From the NCBI RefSeq assembly GCF_964355755.1, contig NC_092678.1, positions 11,778,352-11,842,351 of the forward strand: a stretch of DNA of 64,000 nt, in the 5' to 3' direction. Positions 26,503 to 42,000 of this stretch are shown here, piece after piece (the first letter of the stretch is position 1; every line of letters begins with the position of its first letter). The notes under the pieces are model-generated. The model searched no databases. It was not told the origin of the DNA and was given only the letters and a program-made list of their open reading frames with translations. The translations under genes were made by a program, and so were the position numbers. The stretch is from Antedon mediterranea (Eukaryota > Animalia > Echinodermata).

Positions 26503-26941
26503 TTAATCAAATTATGTTTTAAATTACAAATCACAAATTATAACTTTTGCCTCGAAGTAGTTCTCGAAAATACAATTTGAATTTACTTGTTACTTAAAGA
26601 CTGATCAACGGCTTTTGAAAATTGTCTCCTATCTTTGAACACTAGCAGGTCTGAAATTAATACTAAAAAGTGGTCAAGAATCGGGACCCTGGTCCGGATT
26701 GCCTCCAAAATTTAATGGAATGGTCCTTGGCCACATATCTATCTGTATTTTTTATTTTGGTAAAGATCGTGCAATAAATTTTTGAGTAATCCTGCTAACA
26801 AACAAACAGACAAACAAACAGACACATGAGATCGACTACTTATACGGTACCTTCTTGGCGGAGGTAAATTATGGTATATTAAAATAAAGAATATTAATTA
26901 AAATCACGTATAATTACATATTTTCCTTTTTAGTGCAAAAT

Positions 26942-27061
26942 ATGGCTACTGTGATCCCTGCTTTGTGTAGACTTCAGTGCTGTTTATTTCTGTGTGTTTA
27001 CGCAACAGTGGTTTACGCATTTACAGAACCATCACAATGCTCATCTGTCTGTTCTTTCATA
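26942..27061 (+). CDS. Exon: start codon and signal peptide
   Basis: Acceptor TTTTCCTTTTTAG; MATVIPALCRLQCCLFLCVYATVVYAFTEPSQCSSVCSFI; donor GTAAGT. Confidence 0.75.
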
Positions 27062-30000
27062 GTAAGTACTATTCACTATACTTTTCTTATTGATGTATTG
27101 TATTGTTAGAAATCATTTTAATTTGGATAAGAAACATATCTCTAGTTTATAACAAAGTAAAGTGCGTTGGCCTGTAGATAGCATGTCACCAACTCATTAA
27201 CTTGTGATTTCAGTGGGACGTATATATTCTGCCACTTTCTAAAGAACTGCACCAGGCATTTAAATTTTTACTGGCTATTCATGTAACAATTTTGTTTAAT
27301 TGTCCCGGTTTTTGCTGCCAAATAAATACCGTATAAAATACGGTAATTTTTAAATACTTCTTAACGGTATATTCTTGGCAGCATAAATAGCACACACAAA
27401 AATTTGTGGACGGTATTTATCAATTTTTTTTACAGTAAAAAACTGAATTCCCCTTTTATGGTTAGGGTCTGTTTATTCAATACAGTTTTTCTGCATTCGC
27501 AGCAGACAAACCACAAATTAAAAAAAATGATTTGGGAGCAGAGAATTTAGCAGAAATACGGTCGACCTAAAAATTATATTATATACGGTTTATCCAGCAT
27601 TATGGAGCAGAAACAGGCCCTAAGAAAACAAATATTATACAGGTATTGACTGCTTAGAGGTTAAATATATATTTTCTCGAACAATATATCATTCCCAAGG
27701 GGTTGTAAAATCTTATATTTTACCGATATAAAAGGCGATTAATATATTTTGGACCATTTTCATAATATTGAGTACTTCTCTATTTTAAGACACTATAAAA
27801 TGTGGACCTTACTGCTTGGTCGGGTGTAGCTAGGCCTGTGTAATAAGCCTGCCTAGTTAGGCGTTGCATTCACCTTACCTTGCGAATAATAATATACAGA
27901 TATATTGTTTGAAGGTTTGCATGGCGAAATCAAATCCCACGTGTACTGTATTTAAGTTCTGAAAATAACTGTTGAGTTTCTCGACAGATAATTACTAATT
28001 AATGATTCCTTGGCAATAAAATATTCACTTCTAGTGAGGACTAATAACAAATGAGGATGCTATGTATGCATTGTTTAAATAGTTTAGTTGATTAATTTCT
28101 TCAAGCAAGTTGCGTGGCGCACTGCGGGTAAAATGTTGTCTTGTGATGGTGTGGACAAATCTTCAGTAGATGATTTTTGTTTATTTGAAAATTACACAGT
28201 GAGTCAATATCATCGTATAGGATACATACGATTTTGCAGAGGTAGTCATGTGATGCAGTTTCAACCAATCACGTTCACGTATTTACATAGGCTATGTAAT
28301 ATAATGTTATGACGAAAGAGGCTCGATTTTCCTCCACTGAACTAGAAACTTAACAATGTTCAGTTCATTGTACTAATGATGCCATTTTTTAAGGATGAAC
28401 ATTGCACTTCAAATCCATTTGAAAAACATGCAGAAATTATAATATGAAAATGACAGTAATGTTTCCTTTCAATTATAGCTGCTTGCCTTCATTACTTTAA
28501 CAAATTAATTGTAAACAATGATAGATAAATTTAATCAAAATTAATCTGTTGTGGCATTCTTCAATTACTGTTGAAATTCATGTTAATTGAACATTGTCTG
28601 AAATCCACATTTATCACTTTGTGTTCATTTATGAAAAATAGACATCCAACAAGGAATTGTTTAGACGTATCTCTGCTTTCACGTCAATTGGGTTTCTAAA
28701 TTGGCATATATAACAAATGTTTACCTCCTATCCTAGATTTCATACACAATCAGCACAATATATTTTATTTATTTAATCTGTTAGGCATATGCTTGGAAAT
28801 TGGCAACCATTGCCATCATTTTTCATTTTGATGGCATTGTTAATACAAAATTGGTTTCAATGTATTTGTCCATTATTCAAAAATGGAAAAAAGTAAAAAT
28901 ACATTAAATCAACATGGTATGGTTATGTAGTTACTAATTACATATTTGCTGGTTTGATCCTATTTTATCAATTTCTATAATACACATTTAGAACTACAAT
29001 GTCTGTTATAAGGTTACAGTACAGTACATAGATTGCTGCTACTATGTGACAGGCAGAGGTTACAGTACAGTACATAGATTGCTGCTACTATGTGACAGGC
29101 AGAGGTTACAGTACAGTACATAGATTGCTGCTACTATGTGACAGGCAGAGGTTACAGTACAGTACATAGATTGCTGCTACTATGTGACAGGCAGAGGTTA
29201 CAGTACAGTACATAGATTGCTGCTACTATGTGACAGGCAGAGGTTACAGTACAGTACATAGATTGCTGCTACTATGTGACAGGCAGAGGCAGTATGCTGG
29301 GGAGGATCCAGAGGGGGGGGGGGGGGGGGTCCACGGGGTCCGGACCCTCCCTAAATTTTAAGGGTGCCCTTTTTTTAGAGGTTCAATGTTTTATTCGTGT
29401 GACATATTTGTGTGTATATTAGTATGCACAGAGTAGGCTACACTAACCCCAAAAATAAAAACAGAAATTTATCACAATGAGCGCGATGTTAAGTTACGGC
29501 GGCCGATCAAAGAGCATCGTGAGAGGTGGTGACGCGTGATGATCTCTACTTAAACTTCTAAAAATAGATCGTTTCACATACTACAGAGGGCGCATGTAAA
29601 CTTTTTACGATTCAACTCCGCGTACGTTACCATGCGCGCTATGTCATTGACGCGATTATTTGTCCATTGGTAAACACATTTTTATGTATTATTATTCTAA
29701 AAATAATTGAACTGTAAACATAATTCTTTTGAGTATTTGTTTATTTACATATCATTCCATCAGATCAACTATTTTTTATTTCCATTACATCCAACCAACA
29801 TGTAAAAAATGTAGTTAAAATATCGTACTATCTAGCGCGTACGACCATACGCGGTAGATTGTTTACTCAAAAATCATCGAAATTACACTATTCAACCTTG
29901 TTTTTGTAGTTGAGCCTCTCATGACCTGGGATTTGTTTGTCTTCCTACGGCAAGATAATATAGTTCTACAAGCCATGTGCTTTTTTCTCTGAGAAATATT

Positions 30001-33000
30001 TATTATAAGTGCCAAAAAAATGTTTTTTTCTCGATATGAAGCCTTTATTATTCAAATCTTTAAGTGAAAATGACGTGAGGCTCAACTACAAAACCACCAT
30101 TTTGTGATATGATGTCATCGTAAGCCAATCAAAGCTGAGCTTTCCCGCGATTGGCAGCGCTCACAGTTGAATGATTTTGGATTCTGGCTATTTGATTGGT
30201 GGACGCGAATCACCCACAGCGGAATGTTTTCTCTCGCGTGTACCAAGAAGTCACGTGATCACTCTGTACTGAACGTACTACACAAATTTAGAGCAATGAA
30301 TTTGTACGAATTCCGTTAAATAAACAACTCTATATATTTTATAAACATTTAATAACATATTTTATTGATATTTCCAATGTTGATATATAAAAGAAATTAC
30401 TATAAAACGTAATTATATGTAATTATTTTTGCGAAAAATGGCGCAATTTGTTTACAACGTTCGTGGCTAAAAACGATCATTTTCTGCAATGTTTTAGACC
30501 CTATATTTCGAAAACTATAAGTCAGATTTTTGTAATTCTTTCTTTATTGGAATATTGAAACAAAATACCAACAGATAATGTTTAAATTGGTTGAAAAATA
30601 ACAACTTTTAATTTTGCATCGTTATCCCTGCTAATAAGTGTCATTTCCGGCGAACTAGAAAGGTGCCATTTATCATGGATTTTGTGTGCGAGAGTGCCAT
30701 TTCCGGCCATCTAAGTGTGTCCTGTGTCCTGTAACAAAATTCGCTTCGCCACAACCCCCACCATGGGGGGGGGGGGGGGGCTGTGGCTCAAATACTCAAT
30801 ATCTGATGTGCCCTTTTTATCGGCGGACCCCCCTCTCAAAAATGTCTCAAACCGCCCCAGAGTATGTATGACATTTGAAAAAGTTGAACAAATGACTATT
30901 TTGTGATTATCCATGTTGAATATTTTAACACATTATAAAAATATATTTGTAAATTTTAAGGAAGTACAGATTGTTTTCATTAGTAAAATAGTTAATATTC
31001 CAAATTCAGAGAATTTCATATTTTGCTGGCAATACTTTTGAATTTCAATAACTATTAAAAAACTAGAATTTAATTCGTCACTTTGACGAATTATAGGTGA
31101 TCATTTTTATCATTTTAATCAAATTAACATTTTTTAAACATGCATGTACGTTAACATACGATCGTTAAAAGTTGATGTACGCCATTCTATGACATGATGC
31201 ATATACACTTATAGTGCTGAGTTCTACCTATTATGTGTCATACAATATGTACAGTATATACTGTATATCTATATACAGTGTAGCATAGGTGAAATTACGG
31301 GACTCATATCGTGTTCTAATTTTTTGGTATGATGGAATTTTCAAAATAAACTCGAAGATGACAATTTCAAAAGATAATGAATTGAGCAAATAAATATAAG
31401 GATTGGAAGAAAATTTGACACGTAGAAGCGCAATGCGCGGTCTTTGAAATTTGTATAACTTTGAATAAAGAAATTTAAAAACTACTTTTTAACTTCAACT
31501 GGCCATATGATAACATCACAACATCCGACAGGCTTAATTTTAATATGAATTTATATCTAAATTTCATCAGCTTTCATAATAAGTTATAATCTTCAAGGTC
31601 ACCTTTAATTCTGAAGAGCTATAAGATATTCAAATGTATGGTGTAGCTGAAATTACACGACCTAGGTTATTCAAGTTTTTACGCGTGATGACGTCATCAA
31701 AATAAAAATGTTGACAACTCATTAGAAGAATAATTAATTGAGCAAGCACATACTAAAAGTTGTGTGCGAAAATCGGGCTCAAATAACGGAGATGCGCTCT
31801 ATTGAATGTGATAACCCACACAAAAAGATAAAAATTCCTAATTTTTAAATTCAAGTGGCCATTTGATGACGTCATACCATTTTGTACGTCTAATGTGTAT
31901 ATACATTTGTATCTACAACTTATTGGCTTCCATAATAAGTTAAAAAAATTGGGGGTCATCTCCCATTCTGAAGAGTTATATTCATTTTAAAAAGTCCTTA
32001 TTTTTTACCATTTTTAGCACTTTTGTACAATTAGTGTGCGCATTTTGTCATTTTTAACGTGCTCGTATAGCGTTATTTTAAGTCGGAATGGACTCAAAAT
32101 TGGTGAATGTATTAAGGATTGTGAGTAGAATGTGATTTATACATCAAATTTTATTTTTTACGCATTTTAAGAATCGTGCGCACAAAAACGCATTTTTGCG
32201 CAGTAATTTTTTGAAACGCGCAAATGGCCTAATTCATGCTCTAAATTGATCAAAACCTAATTTTGCGCGTTTTAAATTTTTAAAGCGCGATTTCACGTGC
32301 ATGACCTTGAAACGCGCAACTTTTTATTTGCTAATATTTTTACCCTTGACCTGAAGTTTACCTGTAGTGAATTTCATTAATATGTCACAATGAATTATGG
32401 AGATATGATTGATAATGTGATTTCACAAAATGGCGTATAAATGACGTCACGGATGAGTGATCACGCTGGAAAGCTCATTAGGATTAAGTTACCGTATATT
32501 ATTTGAAAGATATTCTGAAATTTTGGTAATCATTGACATTAAACTTTTTGAGATAATTGTTACACAAAATAGTGTACAGAAACAATAAAAAGAAAAAAAA
32601 TAATAATAATAAAGATTTCATACAATAACAATAGGTGATCATTTTATTCTAAATGATCACCTAAATAACAGGATAGATTAAAGTTCATCATCACAAAGAG
32701 CAATGTTTGTTTTACTTGGTAGCTTTGTATTTACACAGGTTTCAAAAGCACTAATTTGAAACTCATGGATTTCTGTGATAGTTTTATTTAGCATAAATGG
32801 TTGAACAAGCTTAATCAATGTGTTGAGGTTTTTCTGGTGGTTATTCTATTCTACGGACAAGTAAAAACATAACACCAGATTATAATTAATAAAAATATAT
32901 ATTTATACTGGGTAACCAGCTCCTCAGTCAAAGACTGGTCTCCCAGTTATGATCAGTGGCTGTGATGTACTAATACACCGGGGTAACCCCCTACTCGTCT

Positions 33001-36000
33001 CGAAAGATGTACTAGGTTCTTTAAAGTGCACACGAGCTAGATGTGAAGACTCATTCTACCACCAGAACTGTAGTGTCTGGATTGGGAGACTAAAGGAAGC
33101 GAGGCATTATGGGTTAAGGGAGATCGATAAAACCTCATGGTTGGTAATCTGTATGTATACGTTGTACACAATGAAAGATGCAATAAATATACACAAGATA
33201 TAATAAGAACCATGGAATGAGTGAGCCTCGAACCCCTGCCGATGTTTATGGCTACGTAATTACGGTTCCACACTGTCTTTACCGCTCGGACACTCACTCA
33301 CTTCAAACTGGGCATTTGAATCAACCTTGTCTTTAAAGTCATTATTGAGCTGTAGTCCTACAGCATATAACTGACAGCATCTCTGGTGAAGTTTAGTTGT
33401 AAACTTAATGTGCTTTTAGTGTGAAATCAGAGTTCAAAAGTTGAATTGAGATTGGGTATTTTTTATGTGAAAGCAGTAAAGTTGAGAGAAAATTAAAAAA
33501 ACACATTTGGAGAAATTATATACAAAATTTAAAAATCAGGTTCCATAAACATGACTTCAACTCAGGCCCGTATCCAGGGGGGGTGCGTTGGGTGCAGACG
33601 CACCCCCCCAAGTCCCAAAAGGTCCACTATTTCCTCGGTTGGTATTTTTTCTTGTCTTGTTTAACTAAAGACAATATCATTATATATATACAAAATTTAC
33701 ATTATCAATGGTATACAAACAAAAATATGCTAATATAAAATGAAAAAATACCGGTAATTAAATTACGGAATCTGAACTGACTACAAACTCGATGTAAAAC
33801 ATGCGCAGTCGATCATGTGACGACAAGCAATAGCTTAGCGCTTCATGTACGCGGTACGCGGTAAAGTGTTTGCTGGAGAAATACAGACAACTTAACCGGC
33901 GGTAAAGACGTGTCTGGAAAAATACAGACACTATCGAATACGGCGCCTAACCAACTCAGACAGCGTCGTCGGGGAGCCTAGCCCCGTTCGCGTTCACTTC
34001 ATATAGCTTCAGCGCCTAGAAAACCACGACGTTCCATTGACCGTGAGAGTACGTCAGAGGGCTAATATGCACTTTTATGCATTCATTATTGCCAGCGATC
34101 TAACTTACTACTAAAAATTGGCTAGGTACGCACTTGTCTGGCGGTATCCCTTTGTACGAATCGTTCAACGTTGGGTCGAGACGCGTGATATCAAGTTTCA
34201 TCCAGGGACCAAAATGTGTAATGTAGTTATTTTCCAGACGAAGTTTACCGACGGTTACCGAAGGGAACACGTGTACTTTTTGTCGGGGAATATAATATAC
34301 AGTAAAAAGCGTTCGTGTTCACTTCGTAGCTAGCTTCAGCGCCTAGAAAACCGCGACGTTTCATTGACCGTGAGAGTACGTCAGAGTGATATTATGCACT
34401 TTATATGCATTCATTATTGCCAGCGATCTAACTTACTACTAAACAATAGCTAGGTACGCACTTGTCTGGCGGTATCCCTTTGTACGAATCGTTCAACGTT
34501 GGGTCGAGACGCGTGATATCAAGTTTCATCCAGGGACCAAAATGTGTAATGTGTTATTTTCCAGGCGAAGTTTACCGACGGTTACGTCGTGTACTGCGTC
34601 GACGTACGCTACACTACAGCAAAAACGAATTATGTTAATTGTTCGTTTGTTCACCAATTTTTTAATTTACAAGTAACCTTCTGTACCGTGAGGCATCTAA
34701 AATAAATTTTTCATCCATTACTAAACAAAAAAACATGCCATTTTCGCTTAGCCAACATTATAGCTATAGTTATTACATTTTCAATATCCTGTATGTCATG
34801 AATTTCTCACCACTCGGAAGTCCAGATGGTACGCATGCATACACCTGGGAGGAATAAACTTTTTTCCCCGACTGAAAAAGGTCTACGCTTGCGTTTTTTA
34901 AGCCTCTAGGCCTGATGTTTCCAAAGTATAAAATGCAATTTTTTGAAGACCTGCAGCTCTAGTTTTAAACATTTTCTTATAGCTCAGCCCCAACAATAAA
35001 GCTGGTCATATTTCGAAGAACAAGAAGTACGGTACATTTTCCGGGACCTAACATCTCTATTTTTCAAACATTTCTTAGCTCAGTCACAACCCATGATAGG
35101 GACTTATATATTTTTTTTCATGTTTTGAAGTATAATAAGTCCAATTTCCGGGACCTCCAACTCTATTTTTCTAAATTTTCTTTGAACTTTTATTTTCTAA
35201 ATTGAAAAATATGGATTGAAACAGTCATCGCGCATCGTTTTTTTGCACGCAGTATTTTATTTATGCATTATAAAAAATGGAAAAAATGGCTACCCTAAAT
35301 CTGATTAAAAAGACCTCAAATGACGCTAGAACGCGTTGCCACCGGGGGCCCTTGGTGGCCCCTGGCCCTCAGCCTAGTGATGCTCGCTTCGCTCGCATAG
35401 CCCCCTCGTCGGGGAATGTAGCCCCCGCGTCGGGAAGGTCCTGGCGCCACCCCTGCTGAGTTGGCCTCATCATGAGAGCGTTAAGTTCTGGTGTCCATCT
35501 TTCAACTAGCCCAAGCCACAACAGAGAGTCTTACATCAGTCTTTAGAACATCAAATAACGCAAATTTTTCCAGGGCCTTCGGCCCCTGGACCCTGACCGG
35601 GGGCCCTTGGCGGCCCCCTGGCCCCCAGCCATTGTTGCTCGCTTCGCTCGCACCCCCCCATTATAAATGCTGCATACGGGCCTGCAACTGGTGTAATATT
35701 GAAATTCAATGACAGATTATGTGGCTGATTTGTGGATTTGACACCTGTACAAATAAGAATAATGTATTCTTTGTACATTCAGCTGTCTATAACACAATTA
35801 TTATTAAAAATTCTCTACAAGTGTGATCAATACAAAACGTTTGTTCACACAGCAGGAAGTGTAACACAATTACAGTGGTTAAATGCCCGTTTACACTAGG
35901 AAAATGTAATAGATTGAAGAAGATTTTCTCTATTTAATTTAAGACAAAAGAAATTTAGTTCATAATTACATCTGATTAAATTTGAAAATAATTTTATCGA

Positions 36001-39000
36001 AGACTTTTCTAATTTCTTTGTTTTCATTATGAAAAATGTATCTTTTTTTCTTTTTTTTTTTTTTTTTTTTATTATTCTGGTTTATTAAAACGAAGACATG
36101 GCAGTACAAAACTGAATTGCATCCAGTAACATTAACATAAAAAATATATCAAAAACGAGCAAAATTTACACAAACATCCAATATAAAAATATATATATAT
36201 ATATATATATACAAAAATGCATTCAAAAAAATAAAGAATATACAATTACAAATTTACAAAGATATATATCAAAAACGAGCAAAATTTACACAACCATCCA
36301 ATATAAAAATATATATATATACATAAATGCATTAAAAGAAATAAAGAATATAAATTACAAATTTAAAAACTGCGAGTAAAATTATTAATTATCCGTAGGC
36401 CTATCTATCAAAATTACGAATTTCATATATAAATATTATTGCACTATAGTTATGAATGGGAGTGTGGATTTCTTAAATCTCTCTGTTCTACATTTAATTT
36501 GGGATATTTATCTGTGGTTGTTTATCTTCGTTGTTTATCATCGTTGTATAAAATGGGCCTTAAGCTTGGTTTCCATATACCGATATAATGTGCTTAAATG
36601 TTGCTGATGCAACTCCTAAAAATCGGTAAGTTGAACAGGATTCAACTGTTACGGTTGTATCTCAGGCCAATCGCACATTAATTTGACATTACCAAAAATA
36701 TTTAGAATATTGTGCACACATGGATACGTGCAATCATCGTTAGATGAAGCATGCTCAGATTAACAGATACGCGTTTTAGTATTTTTTTATATGTTTAGTG
36801 AGAATATAATACACACAGTACAATGTAGAACTGATGTCCTTGGAAGTTAAAAACTGAAGTAGGGACATTTCAATCATTGCATTACTATAAAAGGTACTTA
36901 GTTTAGATCAAAACCAGAAAGTATATTTGGTTTGTGTGAAGGACCTACTAGCACAATAACATAATTTCATAATTGCCTTTGTGATCAATAAATGGAAAGC
37001 TAAAGTATCAAGGATTTTATGAATTTTTTCTATAGGTTGGTATGCATTGTGTTTACTTGTAAACAATGAAGGTGTGTAGTTCCTCGTTCCTCTTCTGCAT
37101 ACTGTGCTGACATTACAGTATTCACAAGGAACTGATACTTTCTATTGGCATCAATAATTTTGATTTTATTTGTTGAACAGAAATTTACTCAATGGCATAA
37201 CAAAAATATTTCCTGTTATAAGGAAACAAATTTCAACCAACACCACAAACAACAACACTACATGCCAAATAACAGCAACGCAACACCACTACCAGAACCA
37301 GCAGCAGCAACAACACCAAAGACAACACCAACAATGACACCAACAACGACACCAACGACATCATCATCACCAAAGCAACCCCAGCTACCAACACCCAACA
37401 CTACTAATGCTAACACCACCAACACCAACCAAAATATTATACTAAGTGAAGTATATATAGTAAAATATACTGGCAGTATCCTAAAGCCAACAAAAAAATG
37501 GATAACTAAAAGTGTTTACTGTATTATTGTCTTTGTGTTATTCAATCATTGCAGGTGGTTGACGCTATATCTGCTCTTCAAGGTGATGATACAAAGACAC
37601 TAAAATTGTTTAGGCACTAACTAAAAGTAGCAAGTAAAGCTAATATAGAATATTGTAATTAATAATACACCTGACATTATTCAAATTAAAACAAGATAGT
37701 CATAGTCATAGTCATATATACTTTATTGTCCATTTAAAAAACAGAAATGTGATTTGAAAACTGGCAAAATACAAAAATATAAAATACAATTTACAAAAAA
37801 ACACACAAAAAGTTAAGAGGCTAAAAATTGTTAAAATTAGATAAAAATTATCGGTTACATTTTACCTTTGTACTCTGGAGTTATATAAGTGTATAGCATT
37901 AGGTACAAACGAGCACCTAAACCGTTTTGTTTTGGTATTAAGTGCACGTAGTCTTATGCCAGCATTCATGAGAGCAAATTGTTTGTGAAGAGGATAATAA
38001 ATTGATATATTCACTGGTGATGCCTTCAGTTGCTGAAAAATTGTGAAAGCATGCTAAATGGGAACGTATAAGGTTATGTTAATGATTACCATACAGTTAT
38101 AATAAGCGTTAAATGTTTTGAAATAGTTACTCTACTTCTTACATCAACACCTAGAATTACCACCAAACTGTTGTAGGTACAATTAAAAAGGAGAAAACGT
38201 ATAAGGTGTAATGGTTATCATACACTAACAATAGGCTGGAATTTATTTGAATTGTCTAAAAAGTTAACTGCAAAACTGAAGGGGTAGAAAAACCTTGTCA
38301 CCGCAGACATAACATTTTGTTGGCACACAAAAAGTGAGAGAAAGATTTTAAAATGATCATTATAAATTAAAAACCAAGAATTTATAAATATAACCCACAA
38401 ATAGTTTGTCCACTATGGAAAATTTTCTAAAATGAATTATGAGTAGTTTTAGTTAATCGGGTGTTTTTTGGTGGTGTTAACAGAAACATAACTATGGAAA
38501 ATCATAAACACATCTTTAAAAAATATTGTAATTAAATTCTTTTTTTTTAAAGAAAATAATTCATATGCAAATGTTGTACCAGAATATTGGTTATCATTTC
38601 ATTGCACAATTCTTGTTTGTATGTGAAGTATGTAAGTTATTAAGGTGTGTATTTTATCTATCATACAATACATTTTGTCATTTTTACTCTATCTATTACC
38701 AAATCAGGATTTGACAAAAATTCCAGAAATAGGTGTTTACATTTGTTATAATATCTGGTATGGTAGGCATACTTTTGCAATGCCATGCTTAGAGAAAATT
38801 TTTAGAATTTATATTACTTTTATATACTTTTTTCCCAGTACTGGTAATATTATTAATGTATTGTTACTACTACTACTACTACCACAAAATAAATGATTAA
38901 TAAATTATGAAATTAGGCAGTTTCTTTGTGATTTAAATTTAGCCTATTACAAAATATTTTGTATGACTTTAGAATTTATATTTGTTACTTTTAGAATCGC

Positions 39001-42000
39001 AATGGTGAACTTAGGGAATGCCATGTTAAACAGATGTCACTTAATACTTTAACATCTCAGCGTAAGTACCTGAATTTTTACTTTTAAAAATAGGTCTATT
39101 ATAGGTCTTTTCAATTAAAAATAACCAATGCATTTATACATACATTATGCTTAATTCTGAGATAGCCATGCGCAGCATAAAACACTTACTCACACTAGCT
39201 GTCTCAGATGCACTGCGATAGGTAGAAAGTTATTATACTTAATAGAAGAAACAATGCATTATTTTGGTTATATATAGCCCCTAAATATCTAGATGGTATA
39301 TATGTTTGGTTATGGTAAAAAAAGGTTATTAGATGCTGTCCATGGCTAACAGGTTATTAGATGCTGTCCATGGCTAACAGGTTATTAGATGCTGTCCATG
39401 GCTAACAGGTTATTAGATGCTGTCCATGGCTAACAGGTTATTAGATGTTGTCCATGGCTAACAGGTTATTAGATGCTGTCCATGGCTAACAGGTTATTAG
39501 ATGCTGTCCATGGCTAACAGGTTATTAGATGCTGTCCATGGCTAACAGGTTATTAGATGCTGTCCATGGCTAACAGGTTATTAGATGCTGTCCATGGCTA
39601 ACAGGTTATTAGATGCTGTCCATGGCTAACAGGTTATTAGATGCTGTCCATGGCTAACAGGTTATTAGATGCTGTCCATGGCTAACAGGTTATTAGATGC
39701 TGTCCATGGCTAACAGGTTATTAGATGCTGTCCATGGCTAACAGGTTATTAGATGCTGTCCATGGCTAACAGGTTATTAGATGCTGTCCATGGCTAACAG
39801 GTTATTAGATGCTGTCCATGGCTAACAGGTTAAATTCCAAAGTGCATACAATTGTGGGTTTTAAGAATTTTATTTGACACTATTCTTTTTCTAATGCCTA
39901 AAGGTAGATAGAAAGATATTTAGAAAGTTTGTTATAGAACACTAGGTAAAAGATTGGCCCCAAGCAAATAAGGCTTAACAAAAATAATAAAATAATAAAA
40001 ATAAATAAAATAAAAAACTAGCTATAGCAAAGATTTAAATCAAAAAAGCCAAGTACATATTAGCTATAACAAAGAATTGAAGAAAAATAAAGCTAAAAAT
40101 TGAAAAAGCAATTTTAAGCAATTAAAAATAATTAAAGCAATTAGCGGTAACAAAATACAAAGCAAATAAAGTAGTCCCAAAAAATAAAGCTAAAAAAAGT
40201 TAAACTAGAAGGGCACTTAGAAAGTGCAAACCTCTGCCTTATATGCATATGAACATTTAATGACATGTTCCCATACAGCTATGCAACCATTCTTTAAAAT
40301 CTTTGAGTAATCCTGCTAACTAAACAAATATAGAAAAGAAAGAAAGAAGCAAAAATGCACACAAACATAATTATGTGATCAACCACATAAACCTCACGTG
40401 GAGGTAATAAAATAGCTCAAATACAATGTTTTTTTTAAATGTTTTATTCTGCTTTATTTTTTATTACTATAAGCATGTATGCACACTGTTTTGAATGCTT
40501 TATCTGTTTTACAAAGATAAATGTTTTTATTACCACAAATTTGTATGCTTATATAGGTAGTGGAACATTTATGAATATATAATCACGACCTCCTGAAACA
40601 ACCACATTTTAAGACCTCTAACACTGACTAAATCTCTGTTAAAAGTTAATTAAACTATAACAAGTTTAATTTTATTATAATTTTTCAAATTGTTTATTAT
40701 AGGATGTTCAGATGAACTACCAGACAAATTCTTTGCACCAGAAGAAGACATTCCAATGAGACTTGGCAAAAATGATGTTAAGGGATACTTTTCACAATCT
40801 TCTCTGAAAGATCCTTTAAAAATTAGGATTGATGTCAACATTTCAGAACAAAGTATGTCCAGTTTTCAATTTATCAAGTTATCACAGGCTTATCCATCCA
40901 AATGAATGAGCACTAGCATATAGTATATTATAGTCTGTCAACCGTCTTGGATCCACCCCTGTGCTTTTGTGTTGTTAGTCTGTCAACCGTCTTGGATCCG
41001 CCCCTGTGCTTTTGTGTTGTTGGTCTGTCAACCGTCTTGGATCCACCCCTGTGCTTTTGTGTTGTTAGTCTGTCAACCATCTTGGATCCGCCCCTGTGCT
41101 TTTGTGTTGTTCATAGGGCTGAAGGAATGTGTTACTTTTCAACAACAATTGCAATATCGCTGTGTTTATATTTGAAAACAAGTGTATGCTACTAAAATCA
41201 TACATAAAAAATATAATGATGATTTTTTTTTATTCACTTTTACCAAAAAAATGGATTAAAACAAAAATTACTTGAAAAAACAATGAGTTTGTGGTTATAT
41301 TATATTATCCGTAAATTATTATTTAGTTTGTATTATTTTCTACGAAAGTGAATTTATTAAAACTGAAAAATGGACTATTCAAAGTCTGATTTTATTATTC
41401 TTTATGTTTTTGGAGGACAATATATCTTTAATCTACTTTAATATAGGTGTATACAGATGTTATATTCCTGAAATATGGTAATGAACTGATGGCAATCATT
41501 ATTGTCCTCTAATATTAAATTCAATAAACAATTACCGCTTACTTCAAACAGTATTTTTAATGATGCAAAACTGCAGGTCAGATTATTATTATGAGAATTA
41601 ACATACTCATGACTATAATAGACATTTTATTCAAAGATAATAGATACACTACTCAATAAGATGAAAAAAATTAAATGCACTAAATTTGTGAGACGTAATC
41701 AATGTCTATTAGTATTATTATTCTATTAGATGCTTTTATATGCCTTAAAGCGTTCCTGCTGAAAAAGAATTAAAATGAAAAATAAAAAAATTAATATTAA
41801 ACAGTCAAAAATGTGAATTTAACTTCCATAATTTAAGCATTTATAGTCTGGCTAACTGTATATGACCGAGTGTAGTTCCAGCTGTGTCTGAATTTTTTCT
41901 TAATTAGAAAGTGAATTATTTCCGAGCATGAAAATACTTAATTAATTTGTTATTTATATCATAAGATGATCATTACTCTACAGTTTAAATCACTCATACC

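Larger units (their letters stand above)
25094..26867 (+). mobile_element. AACTAGAA..GGCGGAGGTAA repeat (HINE/Helentron-like), hosting two TTAA MITEs
   Basis: Starts AACTAGAACAGCACTCCGAGAGTGC, has an (AAAC)n tract, ends CTTGGCGGAGGTAA; relatives at 40203-40406 (+) and 46805-47238 (-). Confidence 0.65.

Noticed and set aside
39323-39832. 28-bp repeat array as CRISPR
   Set aside because: Units are head-to-tail with no spacers, there are no cas genes, and it lies in a eukaryotic intron.
40947-41195. Repetitive ORFs (DPPLCFCVV)n
   Set aside because: Translation of the 45-bp minisatellite.
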